Source of the DNA: Verrucomicrobiota bacterium
Lineage (GTDB): Bacteria; Verrucomicrobiota; Lentisphaeria; Lentisphaerales; Lentisphaeraceae
Assembly: GCA_039798785.1 (NCBI GenBank)
Contig: JBDKFG010000020.1
Span: forward strand, 1-64,000
Direction of reading: 5' to 3'
Length of the DNA: 64,000 nt
Shown here: piece after piece, positions 30,925 through 41,381 of the stretch
Position numbering within the stretch: the first letter of the stretch is position 1
Layout: every line of letters starts with the position of its first letter
The notes under the pieces: model-generated
The model's input: the letters and a program-made list of their open reading frames with translations, nothing else
What the model was told of the DNA's origin: nothing
Database searches by the model: none
Position numbers and translations under genes: made by a program

Positions 30925-33534
30925 TCAGGGGCCGTTTTGGCGCAGGCAGAGCCGGGCGGCGAGGGCGGTCCAGCCGGTCTGGTGGGAGGCGCCTAGGCCG
31001 CGGCCGCTGTCCGGGTTGAAGAATTCGTGGAAGAGCAGGCCGGGGCGGGAATCCTGGCGGAAGGGCCAGTCTTTGCCGAGGCTGGGCGGGGAGCCGCTGG
31101 CATCGGGCAGGAAGAGACCGTTGAGGCGTCGACCGATCTCGGTCGCAGCCGCTTTAAGATCTCCCCTGCGGCCGGAGCCGCTGGGGATTTCCAGCTGGAA
31201 GCTCGCGCCGTAGAAATAATGGTAGCGTTCCAGAGCTTCGATGATCAGGTAGTTCAGAGGCATCCAGACCGGGCCTCGCCAGTTGGAATTGCCGCCGAAG
31301 AGATAGGTGCTCGAGTCACCCGGCTCGTAGGCGACGCGCTGGCACTGGCCATCGAGAGTCATGGTGAAGGGCTGGCGCGCGTAGTCGAAAGGCAGAGAAC
31401 GGATGCCGAAGGGAGCCAGGAACTGCTCTTCGTCCATCACCCGCTGGAGGAGTCGCTTGAGCCGTTCGGTGCTAGGCACCGCCAGCAGGAGGCGTTCCCC
31501 CTTTTCCGAGGAGACCAGGCAGGAGATGCTTTTCGCCAGGTCGGGACGGTTGTCAAGGAACCAGCGCAGGCGCTTGCGGAATCCGGGCAGTCGCTCGAGG
31601 GATTCCGCTTCGAGGACTTCGACCGCCAGGAGCGGTACCAGACCGGCCAAGGAGCGCAGCCGAAGCGGCAGCGAGTGACCGGCGGAGTTGATCCGGTCGT
31701 AATAGAAGCCGTCCTCCTCATCCCAGAGGCCGATGCCGCCGCGGGAGTTCATCGCGTCGACGATGGCAACGAAATGTTCGAAGAACTTCGACGCGATGTC
31801 TTCGTAGGTGTCGTCGTGGACCGCAAGCTCCATGGCGATGGCGAGCATCGAAGAGCAGTAGAAGGCCATCCAGGCGGTGCCGTCGGCTTGCTCCAGGACG
31901 CCTCCTCCCGGCAGGGGCTTGGAGCGGTCGAAGACGCCGACGTTGTCCATCCCGAGGAAGCCGCCGGCGAAGATGTTGTTGCCTTCCGGGTCCTTCCGGT
32001 TGACCCACCAGGTGAAGTTGAGGAGGAGCTTGTGGAAGACGCGGGTGAGGAACTTGAGATCGCGCGAGCCTTTCGGCGCGGTCATCTTGTAGACGCGCCA
32101 GGCGGCCCAAGCGTGAACCGGGGGATTGACGTCGCCGAAGGCGAATTCATAGGCGGGGATCTGGCCGTTGGGGTGCATGTACCATTCGCGAAGGAGGAGA
32201 ATGAGCTGCCCCTTGGCGAATTCGGCGTCGATCTCGGCGAAGGCGACGCAATGGAAGGCGAGATCCCAGGCGGCGTACCAAGGATATTCCCATTTGTCGG
32301 GCATCGAGATGATGTCGCGATTGTAGAGATGGCTCCATTCCTGGTTGCGTTGGCGTCCGCCGGGCGGCGGCGGCTGTTCCGGGTCGCCCTTCAGCCATGC
32401 ACGTTGGTCGATGTGGTAGAACTGTTTCGACCAGAGGAGGCCGGCCCAGGCCTGGAGAACGACTTCGCGGCGGGAGGCAGTCTCCGGCAGGCGTGGGCGG
32501 TAATGGGACAGCATTTCTTCGCGCCGCAGCGCCCAGATGGCGTCGAATTCCGGCCCGAAGGCGGGGGAGGGGGAGGGGCGACGCAGACGCAGTCGTATCA
32601 CCTTTTCCTCATAGGGAGCGAATTGGAGTCGCCAGTGTGCCGCCGCCTTGCTGCCGCGAGCCGCGGGATTGATGGCGTCGGCTTCGCCGAGGATGATGTG
32701 GCGGTGGAATGCGTCCTTGACGAAGGGCTGGGGATTCGGGACGCCGAAGAGTCTTTCGCTGTTGCTTTCGTTTTCGGTGAAGAGCCAGCCCAGGTGGTCT
32801 TCGGCCTCGAAGCGCATCGTGCCGAGTGCGGGGTGTTCAGCGTTCACGGCGCCGTCGCGCAGGATGAGTCGGGGGCGTAAGCCGCAGTCTTCTTCGCGGC
32901 ACCCCCAGCTCCAGGTGTTCCGGAAGACCAATTGACCTAGGACGTCGAGGGGCGCTTCATCGGGACCGCGGTTGCGCAGGGTGAGTCGGATCAGGATGTC
33001 CTCGGGGCCGGCCTTGGCGTAGTCGATCTGACAGTCGAAATAGCGGCCGTCGTCGAAGACTCCGCTGTCCTGAAGCTCGAATTCGGCTCCAGCAAGGCCG
33101 CGCCGGCGATTCTCTTCGATAAGCTGAGAGTAGGGGAAGGCGGCTTGGGGATATCGATAGAGGCCGCGCATCCAGGAGTGGGTCGGTGAGGACTCGAGAT
33201 AGTGATAGACTTCCTTGACGTCCTCGCCATGGTTGCCCTCTCCGTTGGTCAGGCCGAAGAGGCGTTCCTTGAGGATGGCGTCGCGGTGGTTCCAGAAGGC
33301 GAAGGAGAATCCCAGGCGGCATTGGCGGTCGCAGATTCCCATCAAGCCGTCCTCTCCCCATCGATAGGCCCGGGAGCGGGCGTGATCGTGAGGGAAGTAG
33401 TTCCAGCAGTCACCGCCAGCGGAGTAGTCTTCGCGAACCGTTCCCCATTGGCGCTCCGGCAGATAGGGGCCCCAGCGGAGCCAGTCGGCCTTGCGTGAAT
33501 AGGCGAGCTTGAGCCTCTCGGCTTCCTCGTCCAT
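30925..33534 (-). CDS. MGH1-like glycoside hydrolase (GH63-related glucosidase)
   Basis: WGPYL.ERQWGTVREDYS, MPDKWEYPWYAAWDLAFH, GGNSNWRGP, GLGASHQTGWT. Confidence 0.92.
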   Translation of the reverse strand: MDEEAERLKLAYSRKADWLRWGPYLPERQWGTVREDYSAGGDCWNYFPHDHARSRAYRWGEDGLMGICDRQCRLGFSFAFWNHRDAILKERLFGLTNGEGNHGEDVKEVYHYLESSPTHSWMRGLYRYPQAAFPYSQLIEENRRRGLAGAEFELQDSGVFDDGRYFDCQIDYAKAGPEDILIRLTLRNRGPDEAPLDVLGQLVFRNTWSWGCREEDCGLRPRLILRDGAVNAEHPALGTMRFEAEDHLGWLFTENESNSERLFGVPNPQPFVKDAFHRHIILGEADAINPAARGSKAAAHWRLQFAPYEEKVIRLRLRRPSPSPAFGPEFDAIWALRREEMLSHYRPRLPETASRREVVLQAWAGLLWSKQFYHIDQRAWLKGDPEQPPPPGGRQRNQEWSHLYNRDIISMPDKWEYPWYAAWDLAFHCVAFAEIDAEFAKGQLILLLREWYMHPNGQIPAYEFAFGDVNPPVHAWAAWRVYKMTAPKGSRDLKFLTRVFHKLLLNFTWWVNRKDPEGNNIFAGGFLGMDNVGVFDRSKPLPGGGVLEQADGTAWMAFYCSSMLAIAMELAVHDDTYEDIASKFFEHFVAIVDAMNSRGGIGLWDEEDGFYYDRINSAGHSLPLRLRSLAGLVPLLAVEVLEAESLERLPGFRKRLRWFLDNRPDLAKSISCLVSSEKGERLLLAVPSTERLKRLLQRVMDEEQFLAPFGIRSLPFDYARQPFTMTLDGQCQRVAYEPGDSSTYLFGGNSNWRGPVWMPLNYLIIEALERYHYFYGASFQLEIPSGSGRRGDLKAAATEIGRRLNGLFLPDASGSPPSLGKDWPFRQDSRPGLLFHEFFNPDSGRGLGASHQTGWTALAARLCLRQNGP

Positions 33535-33594
33535 GGCTGGGTCTCCTCGTTTGCTCAGGCAAGATACAGGCATCCGGCGAGACTGCGCGGGATT

Positions 33595-34731
33595 TCAATG
33601 CAGCGGCAGGCCCGGGCTCGGGGCCGAGCGTTTCTTGCGGTCCGGGAGAATGAAGGTGAAGGCGGCTCCCTCTCCGGGGTGGCTTTCGACCCAGATCCGT
33701 CCGCCATGGAGATCCAGGGCGAGACGGCAGAAGGCCAGGCCGATGCCGTGGGAATGGGGCTTCTGGCTCCCTTCGGCGGTCTGGGAGTAGGTCTGGAAGA
33801 TCCGTTTCTGCGCTTCTTCGGCGATGCCGGGACCTTCGTCGCGGACGATGAAGAGGTGGCCGCCGTCGGAGTCATGGCTGCTGACATGCACTTCCTTGCC
33901 CGGTTCGCTGAACTTGAGGGCGTTTCCAAGCAGGTTGATCAGGACGCGGCTGATCAGATCTCGGTCGCAATCGACTTCGCGGTCCTTCGCCGGTGTGCAG
34001 ACCAGTTTCACTCCCCGCATGCGGTACTGCGTCGCCAGTTCGGCGAGGGCGATGTCGATCAGCTCGGCGGGGCTGCAGGATTGACGCAGCATCGGCATGC
34101 GGCCGGATTCGATGCGGGAGATGTCGAGGAAGGTGGAGGTCAGGTTTGAGGCCGCCTTCGCCGAGGCGCTCGCCAGGCGGTGGAGCTCGTTGAACTCCTC
34201 GTCGCCCTCGCGCTCCCCCATCAGTTTGAGGGTGATCATGATGTTGTGGATCGGCGAGCGCAGGTCGTGGATGGTCATCTGCACCATCTGCTCGCGCATC
34301 TGCTCGAGGCGGCGCAGCTCGTCGTATTGCCGCTGCACCTGGCGTTTCGCCGCCTGGAGTTGCATCTGGGTGCCGATCCGAGCCAGCACTTCGCTGCTGT
34401 GATAGGGTTTGACGATGAAGTCGACCGCGCCGAGCTCGAAAGCCCTGACCTTCTGCTCCGGGGTGTCGGTGGCGCTGACGATGATGATGGGAATGTCGGC
34501 GCAGGCGGCTTCGGCCTTGAGGCGCCGGCAGACTTCGAAGCCGTCGACCCCTGCCATCACCAGGTCCAGCAGAATGAGGTCAGGCTTGCGGAGGCCGCAC
34601 ACCCTGACGATGTCGTCGCCTCGGTTCAGGAAAAGCGACTGATAGGAAGTCTTGCCCAGCAGGCTGGCCAGCATTTTCAGGCTGACGGGGTCATCATCGA
34701 TTACTAAAATCAAGCCTGGTGAAGTATCCAT
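33595..34731 (-). CDS. Hybrid receiver-histidine kinase
   Basis: N-terminal receiver (IDDD, LLDLVM, KP), HDLRSP, NLLGNALKF, GIGLAFC. Confidence 0.93.
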   Translation of the reverse strand: MDTSPGLILVIDDDPVSLKMLASLLGKTSYQSLFLNRGDDIVRVCGLRKPDLILLDLVMAGVDGFEVCRRLKAEAACADIPIIIVSATDTPEQKVRAFELGAVDFIVKPYHSSEVLARIGTQMQLQAAKRQVQRQYDELRRLEQMREQMVQMTIHDLRSPIHNIMITLKLMGEREGDEEFNELHRLASASAKAASNLTSTFLDISRIESGRMPMLRQSCSPAELIDIALAELATQYRMRGVKLVCTPAKDREVDCDRDLISRVLINLLGNALKFSEPGKEVHVSSHDSDGGHLFIVRDEGPGIAEEAQKRIFQTYSQTAEGSQKPHSHGIGLAFCRLALDLHGGRIWVESHPGEGAAFTFILPDRKKRSAPSPGLPLH

Positions 34732-34932
34732 GGGCTGGCTCCGATTGAATCAGGTCGTAAGTGCCTTCAGCATCCACTCAAAGATCGTTCCGGGCGAAGT
34801 TAAATGCAAGCTCAAGTAAATCAAAATCGCTTTCATGAAGTCATAAATCTCCTTAGTGGTGCAACGGAGGGGACTTTGTCAGTGCTTAATTCATTGACCC
34901 CGCCCCCATCCAAGAACCGCCAGGAGCCCATC

Positions 34933-36033
34933 ATGATCAAGTCGCTTGCCGCTCTTCTCTCCATCATCGCCTTCAGCGCCAGCGCTGCGCCCCTCGATGG
35001 CCAGTTCCCCCCGCCGAAGGCCCCCGAGGGAAAATGGGAGAAGCTTTTCGACGGCAAGCTCCAGGATAGCTGGACCGGGATGAGCATGGCGATCGACTCG
35101 AAACTGATCTCCACCTCCGCCAATCCCGATCGCCCGGGGGAGTACATCCTCCACATCGACCGCGGCCCCACCGGCCTGATCCGCTCCTTGAAGGCTTACG
35201 AGAACTTCATTCTCGAGCTCGAGTGGCGTCACCTCACCGAGGCTCCCAGCGCCGGCGGCGGCAATGGCACCTCGGGCAACTCCGGCCTTCTCATCGCCCA
35301 CAGCGCCTTCCCCAAACCCGGCGGCCCCTACCCTGGCGAAGGCCATGAAGTCCAAGTCTGCAATCTCGGCAACGGCTCTTGGTACACCAGTCACGGCGAC
35401 CTCTTCACCCTGCCCGGCACCAGCTCCCAGGCCATCCCTGACCCTCGTTTCGCCGTCTCCCACGGCTGCGGACACCGCTCCATGCCGGTGGAATTCCGCG
35501 GCAGCAAGACGGGTGAGTGGAACAAGGTCCGCATCACTTGCGTCGATGGCGTTCTGCAGCAGGAAGTCAACGGAGCCCTCGTCACCTCGCTCTACCGCGT
35601 CAGCCCGCGCAAGGGCTACATGAGCTTCGAGAGCGAAGGCGGCGCAGTCGAGTTCCGCAACATGCGCATCCAGGAGCTCGCTCCCGACCCGGAACTCGCC
35701 GCCAAACATGTCGCACCGCTGCTCCCCGAGACCATGAGCACCGACTACATCACCGAACGCAAGGCCATCCCCCTTCCCCAGGGCAACTTCATCGTCTCCG
35801 TCGACGTCGCCGGCAAGAAGGAGATTCCCTTGTCGACCCTGTTCACCGGACTGAAACTCCCCGACACTCCGGTTTCCGGGCGTGTCGTTCTCAGTTCGCG
35901 CGAGGGCAAAGTCACGGTCGCCTGCAAAGAGAAGGAGATCGCAAGCACCGTTGCCGGCGAAGCCCTTCTCCATCTTGAGGCTGAAGGTCAGAAGTTCGGC
36001 CACGTGCTGCTCTTCAAGCCGGTGGTGAAATAA
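34933..36033 (+). CDS. DUF1080 (3-keto-disaccharide hydrolase-like) secreted protein
   Basis: Signal peptide; LFDGK, YENFILELEW, NSG, HEVQ, GEWN, VEFRNMRI. Confidence 0.85.
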   Translation: MIKSLAALLSIIAFSASAAPLDGQFPPPKAPEGKWEKLFDGKLQDSWTGMSMAIDSKLISTSANPDRPGEYILHIDRGPTGLIRSLKAYENFILELEWRHLTEAPSAGGGNGTSGNSGLLIAHSAFPKPGGPYPGEGHEVQVCNLGNGSWYTSHGDLFTLPGTSSQAIPDPRFAVSHGCGHRSMPVEFRGSKTGEWNKVRITCVDGVLQQEVNGALVTSLYRVSPRKGYMSFESEGGAVEFRNMRIQELAPDPELAAKHVAPLLPETMSTDYITERKAIPLPQGNFIVSVDVAGKKEIPLSTLFTGLKLPDTPVSGRVVLSSREGKVTVACKEKEIASTVAGEALLHLEAEGQKFGHVLLFKPVVK

Positions 36034-36038
36034 GGCGA

Positions 36039-36110
36039 CCTGTGTCGCTCGAATTTCATGATCATAGCTTAGGGAGTTAGAAGCCCGGGGATAAGCGAGT
36101 GATGTGATTC
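36039..36110. repeat. Family-B repeat copy
   Basis: cctgtgtcgctcgaatttcatgatcatagcttagggagtt matches 7192-7231 (3 mismatches in 40 nt). Confidence 0.8.
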
Positions 36111-36283
36111 CCGGACTTGACCCGGCTGCAGCCGGGGGAGGCCTTACTCTTGCAAATCTGTTCCTTGCCTGGCGAGAGCCTAAGGTGTCGTTTTTTGCGT
36201 CTCAATTCCCTGGAGCGGACTCGCCAGGCTCGGGAAGCGAAGCATCCTAAGCGTCTGCCCTTTCACAACTCAGGACCTTCCTC

Positions 36284-37534
36284 ATGCAACAGTTGACTCT
36301 CGCCCCGGCCCAGGCTCTGACCGCCGCCACCCTTGCCGGCACACCTTGCTATGTCTATTCGCAAGAAGTTCTCGAAGGACAGTGCCGCCGCCTGCTTTCC
36401 TGGCCCGTGCCCTTCGGCTTCAAGGTCCGCTATGCGATCAAGGCCAATCCCTCTCGCGCCCTCATCCGCCTCATTGCGGCTGCCGGCCTCGACTTCGACG
36501 CTTCCAGCGAATATGAAGCGAAGCGGCTTCTCGTTTATGGCATCAGAGGGGACCGCATCCAGCTCACTGCCCAGCAGCTGGCGTCACAGCACGCCGATGA
36601 ACTCTTCGCCGCCGGCGTCCGCTTCAATGCCTGCTCGCTTCGCCAAGTGAAGGAATACGCATCGCGCTTTCCCGGTCTCGAGCTCTCGCTGAGGGTCAAT
36701 CCCGGCTTCGGCTCCGGCGGCACCCGCAAGACCAATGTCGGCGGCCCCGGTTCGGCCTTCGGCATCTGGTTCGAACAGATGGATGAAGCCATCGCCCTCG
36801 CACGATCCCTCGGCGCACGCCTCACCCGCCTCCACTCGCACATCGGCTCGGGCACCGACCCCGATGCTTGGGAACAGGCCGCCCAACTCACTCTCGACTG
36901 GGCCCTGAAGATCCCGGAGGTCCGCAGCGTCAATATGGGCGGAGGCTTCAAGGTCGCCCGCATGCCGGATGAAAAAGGCGTCGACTTCGACGAGGTAGGC
37001 CGCCGCATCGGCAAGCTGCTTCTGCGCACCGCCGAAAGCACCGGACGCCGCTTCGATCTGGAAATCGAGCCCGGCACTTTCGTCGCCGCCAACATCGGCG
37101 TTCTTCTCGCCCGTGTCGATGACCTGATCTCTACCGGAACCGAAGGCTACACATTCGTCAAGCTCGATACCGGGATGGATGCACTCACCCGACCCGCGCT
37201 CTACGGTGCGCGCCATCCGATCGGCTTCCTCGCCGCCGGCAAGGGCCCTCTCGGACCCGAACAGGAGCTCGTCGTCGTAGGACACAACTGCGAGAGCGGC
37301 GATCTTTTCACCGTCGAACCCGGGGACGTGCTCGCTCCCCGCCGCCTTCCCTTGCCCTCCATCGGCGACTTCGCCCAGCTGGGAGGCGCCGGAGCCTATG
37401 CCGCCGGCATGTCTCTGATCAACTACAACTCATTCCCCCAGATCCCCGAGGTCTTGATCGAGCGAGGTGGAGAAATGCGCCTCGTCCGCCGCCGCCAGAC
37501 CCTGGAGCAGATGTTGCAAAACGAGGTGGAGTGA
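36284..37534 (+). CDS. lysA: Diaminopimelate decarboxylase
   Basis: YAIKAN (PLP Lys), HSHIGSG, NMGGG, EPG, HNCESGD, GAY. Confidence 0.9.
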   Translation: MQQLTLAPAQALTAATLAGTPCYVYSQEVLEGQCRRLLSWPVPFGFKVRYAIKANPSRALIRLIAAAGLDFDASSEYEAKRLLVYGIRGDRIQLTAQQLASQHADELFAAGVRFNACSLRQVKEYASRFPGLELSLRVNPGFGSGGTRKTNVGGPGSAFGIWFEQMDEAIALARSLGARLTRLHSHIGSGTDPDAWEQAAQLTLDWALKIPEVRSVNMGGGFKVARMPDEKGVDFDEVGRRIGKLLLRTAESTGRRFDLEIEPGTFVAANIGVLLARVDDLISTGTEGYTFVKLDTGMDALTRPALYGARHPIGFLAAGKGPLGPEQELVVVGHNCESGDLFTVEPGDVLAPRRLPLPSIGDFAQLGGAGAYAAGMSLINYNSFPQIPEVLIERGGEMRLVRRRQTLEQMLQNEVE

Positions 37535-37572
37535 GCTGTCGCTCACGCATGGTCGGAGCAGATTCTTTATCG

Positions 37573-37720
37573 CCCGGCCTGCTGGGCTCCCCCCCAGGGT
37601 ATCTTCAGCTCAAGAGGCAGAACTCTTGACTCTCGAGCTTATCCGGAGCTTGAACCTTCAATCCAGTTTCAGGGATTCATTGGGTTCAATCATGGGAACC
37701 GGCAGGGGAATTCCACCGGG
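37573..37720 (+). ncRNA. Candidate structured RNA, possibly 6S-like
   Basis: Outer stem 37578-37591/37694-37706; hairpin tcaagag/ctcttga; TTGAACC...GGTTCAA stem with inner aatcc/ggatt. Confidence 0.35.
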
Positions 37721-37837
37721 AGTATTCATTTTACCCCTTATCGACTTATCGACGGGCCGAATCTTGTTTTTGCCGCAGCCGAGCTTATTCTGTCGGGCTT
37801 TTTTCCAAATCCAACAACGCTGTGGATCAAGACGCCC

Positions 37838-40120
37838 ATGAACATCCGACACGCCGCTCTCGCACTCGCTCTTTCCCTCGCCCTCGGCGCCAGCGGCGCG
37901 GAGATCGAGCGTATCGAAACCGTCACCACCACCGGCGAAGCCGTTTCGGAGGGGCTGGTTCGCTCCAATATGAAGCTCCGCTCCGGTTCCGCCTTCGACC
38001 CGGAAGTGCTGTCGGAAGACATCCGCCGTCTCTACGCCACCAACCAGTTTGCCGACATCGAGGCGAAATTCCAGCCCACCGTCGAAGGACGCGGTAAGCT
38101 CGTCCTCATCCTCACCCTCAAGCCCCGCGTAGAAAGCATCGAGTTCCAAGGCAACGCCGAGCTCAAGACTTCGAAGCTGGAGGACAAGCTCACCCAGCAG
38201 ACCGCCGTCCCGGTTGACGACGCCAAGATGGCCGCCGACAAGGCCGCTCTGAAGGAGCTTTACGACAAGAAAGGCTTCTATAACGCCCGCATCACCGTCC
38301 GCGTCCTCCCCGGCACCAAGCCCGGACTTGTGAAGGTCGTGTACGTCATTGATGAACGCCAGTCGGTGAAGGTCGACGACGTCGTCTTCCATGGCAACAC
38401 CGTCTTCACACAAGACGAGCTCGACGACATGATGCAGACCCAACCCTCCTTCTGGCGCTATCTCTTCGGCACCGGCTTCCTCAACGAAACTCTCTTCGAC
38501 CGCGACCGCGACAAGATCACCTCAAGCTACAAGGGGCGCGGCTTCTTCGACTTCAAGATCACCCGAGTCGAACGTCGCATGGACGGCAAGTTCGTCGAGC
38601 TTCACATCCATGTCGAGGAAGGCCTCGCCTACAAGCTCGGCAAAGTCAGCGTCAGCGGCGTCGCTGCCTATCCCCAGGCGCAGATCGACAACCTGATCGC
38701 CCCCCGCAGCGGACTGTCCTACTCGGAAACCCTTCAGAAGCAGGACATCGACCGCATCACCGCCGTCTACTCCACTGACGGTTATCTCGACCTCCGTATC
38801 ACACCGGTCCTCAAGACCGACCCCAAGAGCCGCGTCGTCGACGTCGAATACAAGATCTACGAAGGCAAGCCATCGACCATCCGCGACGTCAACATCATCG
38901 GCAACGTCGCCACCAATGAAAACGTCATCCGACGAGAGCTAGCCCTCCACCCGGGCGACAAGTCGTCGCAGCTGATGATCGACAAGTCGAAGAGCCGCCT
39001 CCAGGCGATGGGCTACTTCGACGACGTCGAGATCATCCCGGTTGAAACCGATGTCGAGGAGAAGCGCGACTTGCAGGTCAAGGTCAAGGAAGGCCAGACC
39101 GGCCGCCTGATGCTCGGCGCCGGCTACTCATCCGAAGACGATCTGGTCGGCACCATCGGCTTTTCCCAGTCCAACTTCGACATCGCCAACGGCTGGCCCT
39201 TCATCGGCGCCGGCGAGCGCTTCCGCGCCAACGCCGAAGTCGGCACCGAACGCCAGTCCTTCAACATCGGCTGGACTGATCCCTGGTTCAACGGCGAACC
39301 CATGGCCTTCGGCGTCGATCTCTTCTACAACCAGCGCTACTACACCGACTGGGACTTCCAGACCTTCGGCGACGAAGTGTCCCTGACCAAGCGCCTCGAC
39401 AGCATGCAGCCCTGGACTCTCCGCTCCGCCCTGCGCAGCGAATACGTCACCGTCGATCCTGACAACGATGCTTCCAAACGCTTGAAGGACGAAGAGACCG
39501 ACGAGTTCGTCAACTCCCCCATCTTCACACTCGGTCGCGACACTCGCAACAATCTGGTCCGCCCCACCGAAGGCGAGAACTTCTCGATCAGCACCGAGCT
39601 GCAATCAGAAGCCTGGGCCTCGGCCAACAATCTTTACAAGCTGTCGATCAAGGACGCTCTCTACTTCCCCGTCGGAGATGAATCGGTCTTCAAGCTTTCC
39701 GGTCAGGCAGACACCGCCGATGGCCTCTTCGGCGACGAAGTGCCGATCTACGAACGCTATTTCGGCGGCGGCATCGGCCGAATCCGCGGCTTCCGCGAGC
39801 GTCGCGTCGGCTCGAAAGAGGCTGGTACCATCGACGAGAACAAGGCGCCTCTGGGCGGCCAGACCTTCGCCGTCGCCACCGCCGAATTCGACTCGCCGAT
39901 CGGCGGCCCCTTCTACTGGGCGGCCTTCATGGACGTCGGCAACGTCTGGCGCAACGCCTGGGAGATCGAACCCGATGACCTCAACGTCACCGTCGGTCCG
40001 GGCCTGCGGATGAACCTTCCTCTCGGCCTGATCCAGTTGGACTACGGCATTCCGCTGATCAAGGCCGACGGTCAGGACGGCAACGGGCGTCTTCACTTCT
40101 CACTCGGTTACCAGTTCTGA
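37838..40120 (+). CDS. bamA: Outer membrane protein assembly factor BamA
   Basis: Signal peptide, POTRA repeats, VIRREL, GG.G.IRGF, C-terminal aromatic 'LHFSLGYQF'. Confidence 0.95.
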   Translation: MNIRHAALALALSLALGASGAEIERIETVTTTGEAVSEGLVRSNMKLRSGSAFDPEVLSEDIRRLYATNQFADIEAKFQPTVEGRGKLVLILTLKPRVESIEFQGNAELKTSKLEDKLTQQTAVPVDDAKMAADKAALKELYDKKGFYNARITVRVLPGTKPGLVKVVYVIDERQSVKVDDVVFHGNTVFTQDELDDMMQTQPSFWRYLFGTGFLNETLFDRDRDKITSSYKGRGFFDFKITRVERRMDGKFVELHIHVEEGLAYKLGKVSVSGVAAYPQAQIDNLIAPRSGLSYSETLQKQDIDRITAVYSTDGYLDLRITPVLKTDPKSRVVDVEYKIYEGKPSTIRDVNIIGNVATNENVIRRELALHPGDKSSQLMIDKSKSRLQAMGYFDDVEIIPVETDVEEKRDLQVKVKEGQTGRLMLGAGYSSEDDLVGTIGFSQSNFDIANGWPFIGAGERFRANAEVGTERQSFNIGWTDPWFNGEPMAFGVDLFYNQRYYTDWDFQTFGDEVSLTKRLDSMQPWTLRSALRSEYVTVDPDNDASKRLKDEETDEFVNSPIFTLGRDTRNNLVRPTEGENFSISTELQSEAWASANNLYKLSIKDALYFPVGDESVFKLSGQADTADGLFGDEVPIYERYFGGGIGRIRGFRERRVGSKEAGTIDENKAPLGGQTFAVATAEFDSPIGGPFYWAAFMDVGNVWRNAWEIEPDDLNVTVGPGLRMNLPLGLIQLDYGIPLIKADGQDGNGRLHFSLGYQF

Positions 40121-40187
40121 TTTTTCCGCTGCCGCCCTTGCCTGATCGCCTGGGCGGCGTTGATTGTCTCGCTCCAGGAGGATTTTC

Positions 40188-40628
40188 ATGGACCGCCAAT
40201 CCGTCATCGACAGCTTCAAAGCCTGGCTTCGCGTCCACGGCCTCAAGTACACCCGCGAGCGTGAAGCCATCCTCAGCGAAGTCATCGCCCGAAGCGGCCA
40301 TTTCGACGCCGAGGAATTCGCCGCGCACATGCGCTCCACCGGTCTGAAGTGTTCGCGTGCCACCGTCTACCGCACTCTCGACATTCTCGACGAGCTCGGC
40401 GTCGTACACAAGTCCACCCTAGGCCACAAGCATCAGCATTATGAGAGCATGGTCGACCGTCCCCATCACGACCACCTCATCTGTCTCGGCTGCGACAAGG
40501 TGGTGGAGTTTGTTGACGACAACATCGAGCGTCTTCAGATTGAAGCTTGCCAACGGCTCGGCTTCACCATCAACCGCCACTCCCTGCAGATCTTCGGCCA
40601 CTGCCCGGACTGCCAGAAGAAGGGATGA
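40188..40628 (+). CDS. Fur-family transcriptional regulator
   Basis: TREREAIL, SRATVYRTL, HHDHLIC..C, C-terminal CPDC. Confidence 0.93.
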   Translation: MDRQSVIDSFKAWLRVHGLKYTREREAILSEVIARSGHFDAEEFAAHMRSTGLKCSRATVYRTLDILDELGVVHKSTLGHKHQHYESMVDRPHHDHLICLGCDKVVEFVDDNIERLQIEACQRLGFTINRHSLQIFGHCPDCQKKG

Positions 40629-40682
40629 GTCCCTTTCACCTTGAGCCAGGAGTGGTCAATCGGCTCTCCGAGGCTGCCGGCT

Positions 40683-41381
40683 TCAGATTTCGCCGATCGA
40701 CACTTCTCGCCATTGGCCGGGGGCGAGATCGCCAAGCGCCAGCTTGCCGAGCTGGGTGCGGTGCAGCTTCAGGACGGTGCAGCCGACGGCACTGAGCATG
40801 CGTCGTACCTGGTGGTATTTGCCTTCGGTGAGGATCAGTCGGGCCTGTTTTGGGGCGGTGATTTCGAGGATCGCGGGTAAACACGTCTTGTCCTCGCCGG
40901 CGAGGAGCAGGGTGCCGCTGGCGAAAAGCTCCACCGCCGAGGCCGGGATGTCGCGATCGGTCTCAAGCTCATAGGTCTTGGCTTCGTGATGCTTGGGGGA
41001 GCAGAGTCGGTGGTTGAGCACTCCGTCATCGGTGATCAGGATCAAGCCGGATGTGTCCTTGTCGAGACGGCCGATCGAGGAGACCTGCGGATCGCGGCGG
41101 CGCCATTGCTCCGGCAGGATGTCGTAGATCGAAGGACCTTCCTTCTCGTCATGCGAACAGACCAGGCCGAGAGGCTTGTTGACCATGATCAGGAGGCGCT
41201 CGATGAAAGGGATCAGTTGACCGTCGACCCTCAGTTCGGCCGGTTCGATCCGTTCTTCCGGATCGCGAAGGATCAGCGTCCCGCGGCAGACACGCCCCGC
41301 CTTGATGAAGCCCGCCGCCTCGCGACGAGAGCAATAACCGAAGCGGGAAAGAGTCTGATCCAGTCGTGGAGGGCGGGCCAT
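40683..41381 (-). CDS. RsuA/RluE-type rRNA pseudouridine synthase
   Basis: S4 domain, GRLDKDTSGL, EGKYHQVRRM. Start reassigned to MARPPRLD. Confidence 0.92.
   Translation of the reverse strand: MARPPRLDQTLSRFGYCSRREAAGFIKAGRVCRGTLILRDPEERIEPAELRVDGQLIPFIERLLIMVNKPLGLVCSHDEKEGPSIYDILPEQWRRRDPQVSSIGRLDKDTSGLILITDDGVLNHRLCSPKHHEAKTYELETDRDIPASAVELFASGTLLLAGEDKTCLPAILEITAPKQARLILTEGKYHQVRRMLSAVGCTVLKLHRTQLGKLALGDLAPGQWREVSIGEI

Noticed and set aside
31027..32880. 617-aa antisense ORF
   Set aside because: Shadow of the glucosidase gene. The same applies to 49921-51429, 54181-55554, 61668-63209 and 47202-48410.
36220..36253. SRP RNA helix-8 resemblance (ccagg...ggaa...agca...taagcg)
   Set aside because: The bases flanking CAGG/AGCA do not pair and the loop spacing is non-canonical. 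Kept only as a generic structured leader.
36080..36283. Lysine riboswitch upstream of lysA
   Set aside because: Consensus blocks (AGAGGNGC, AGUA, GCCGAA) were not found.
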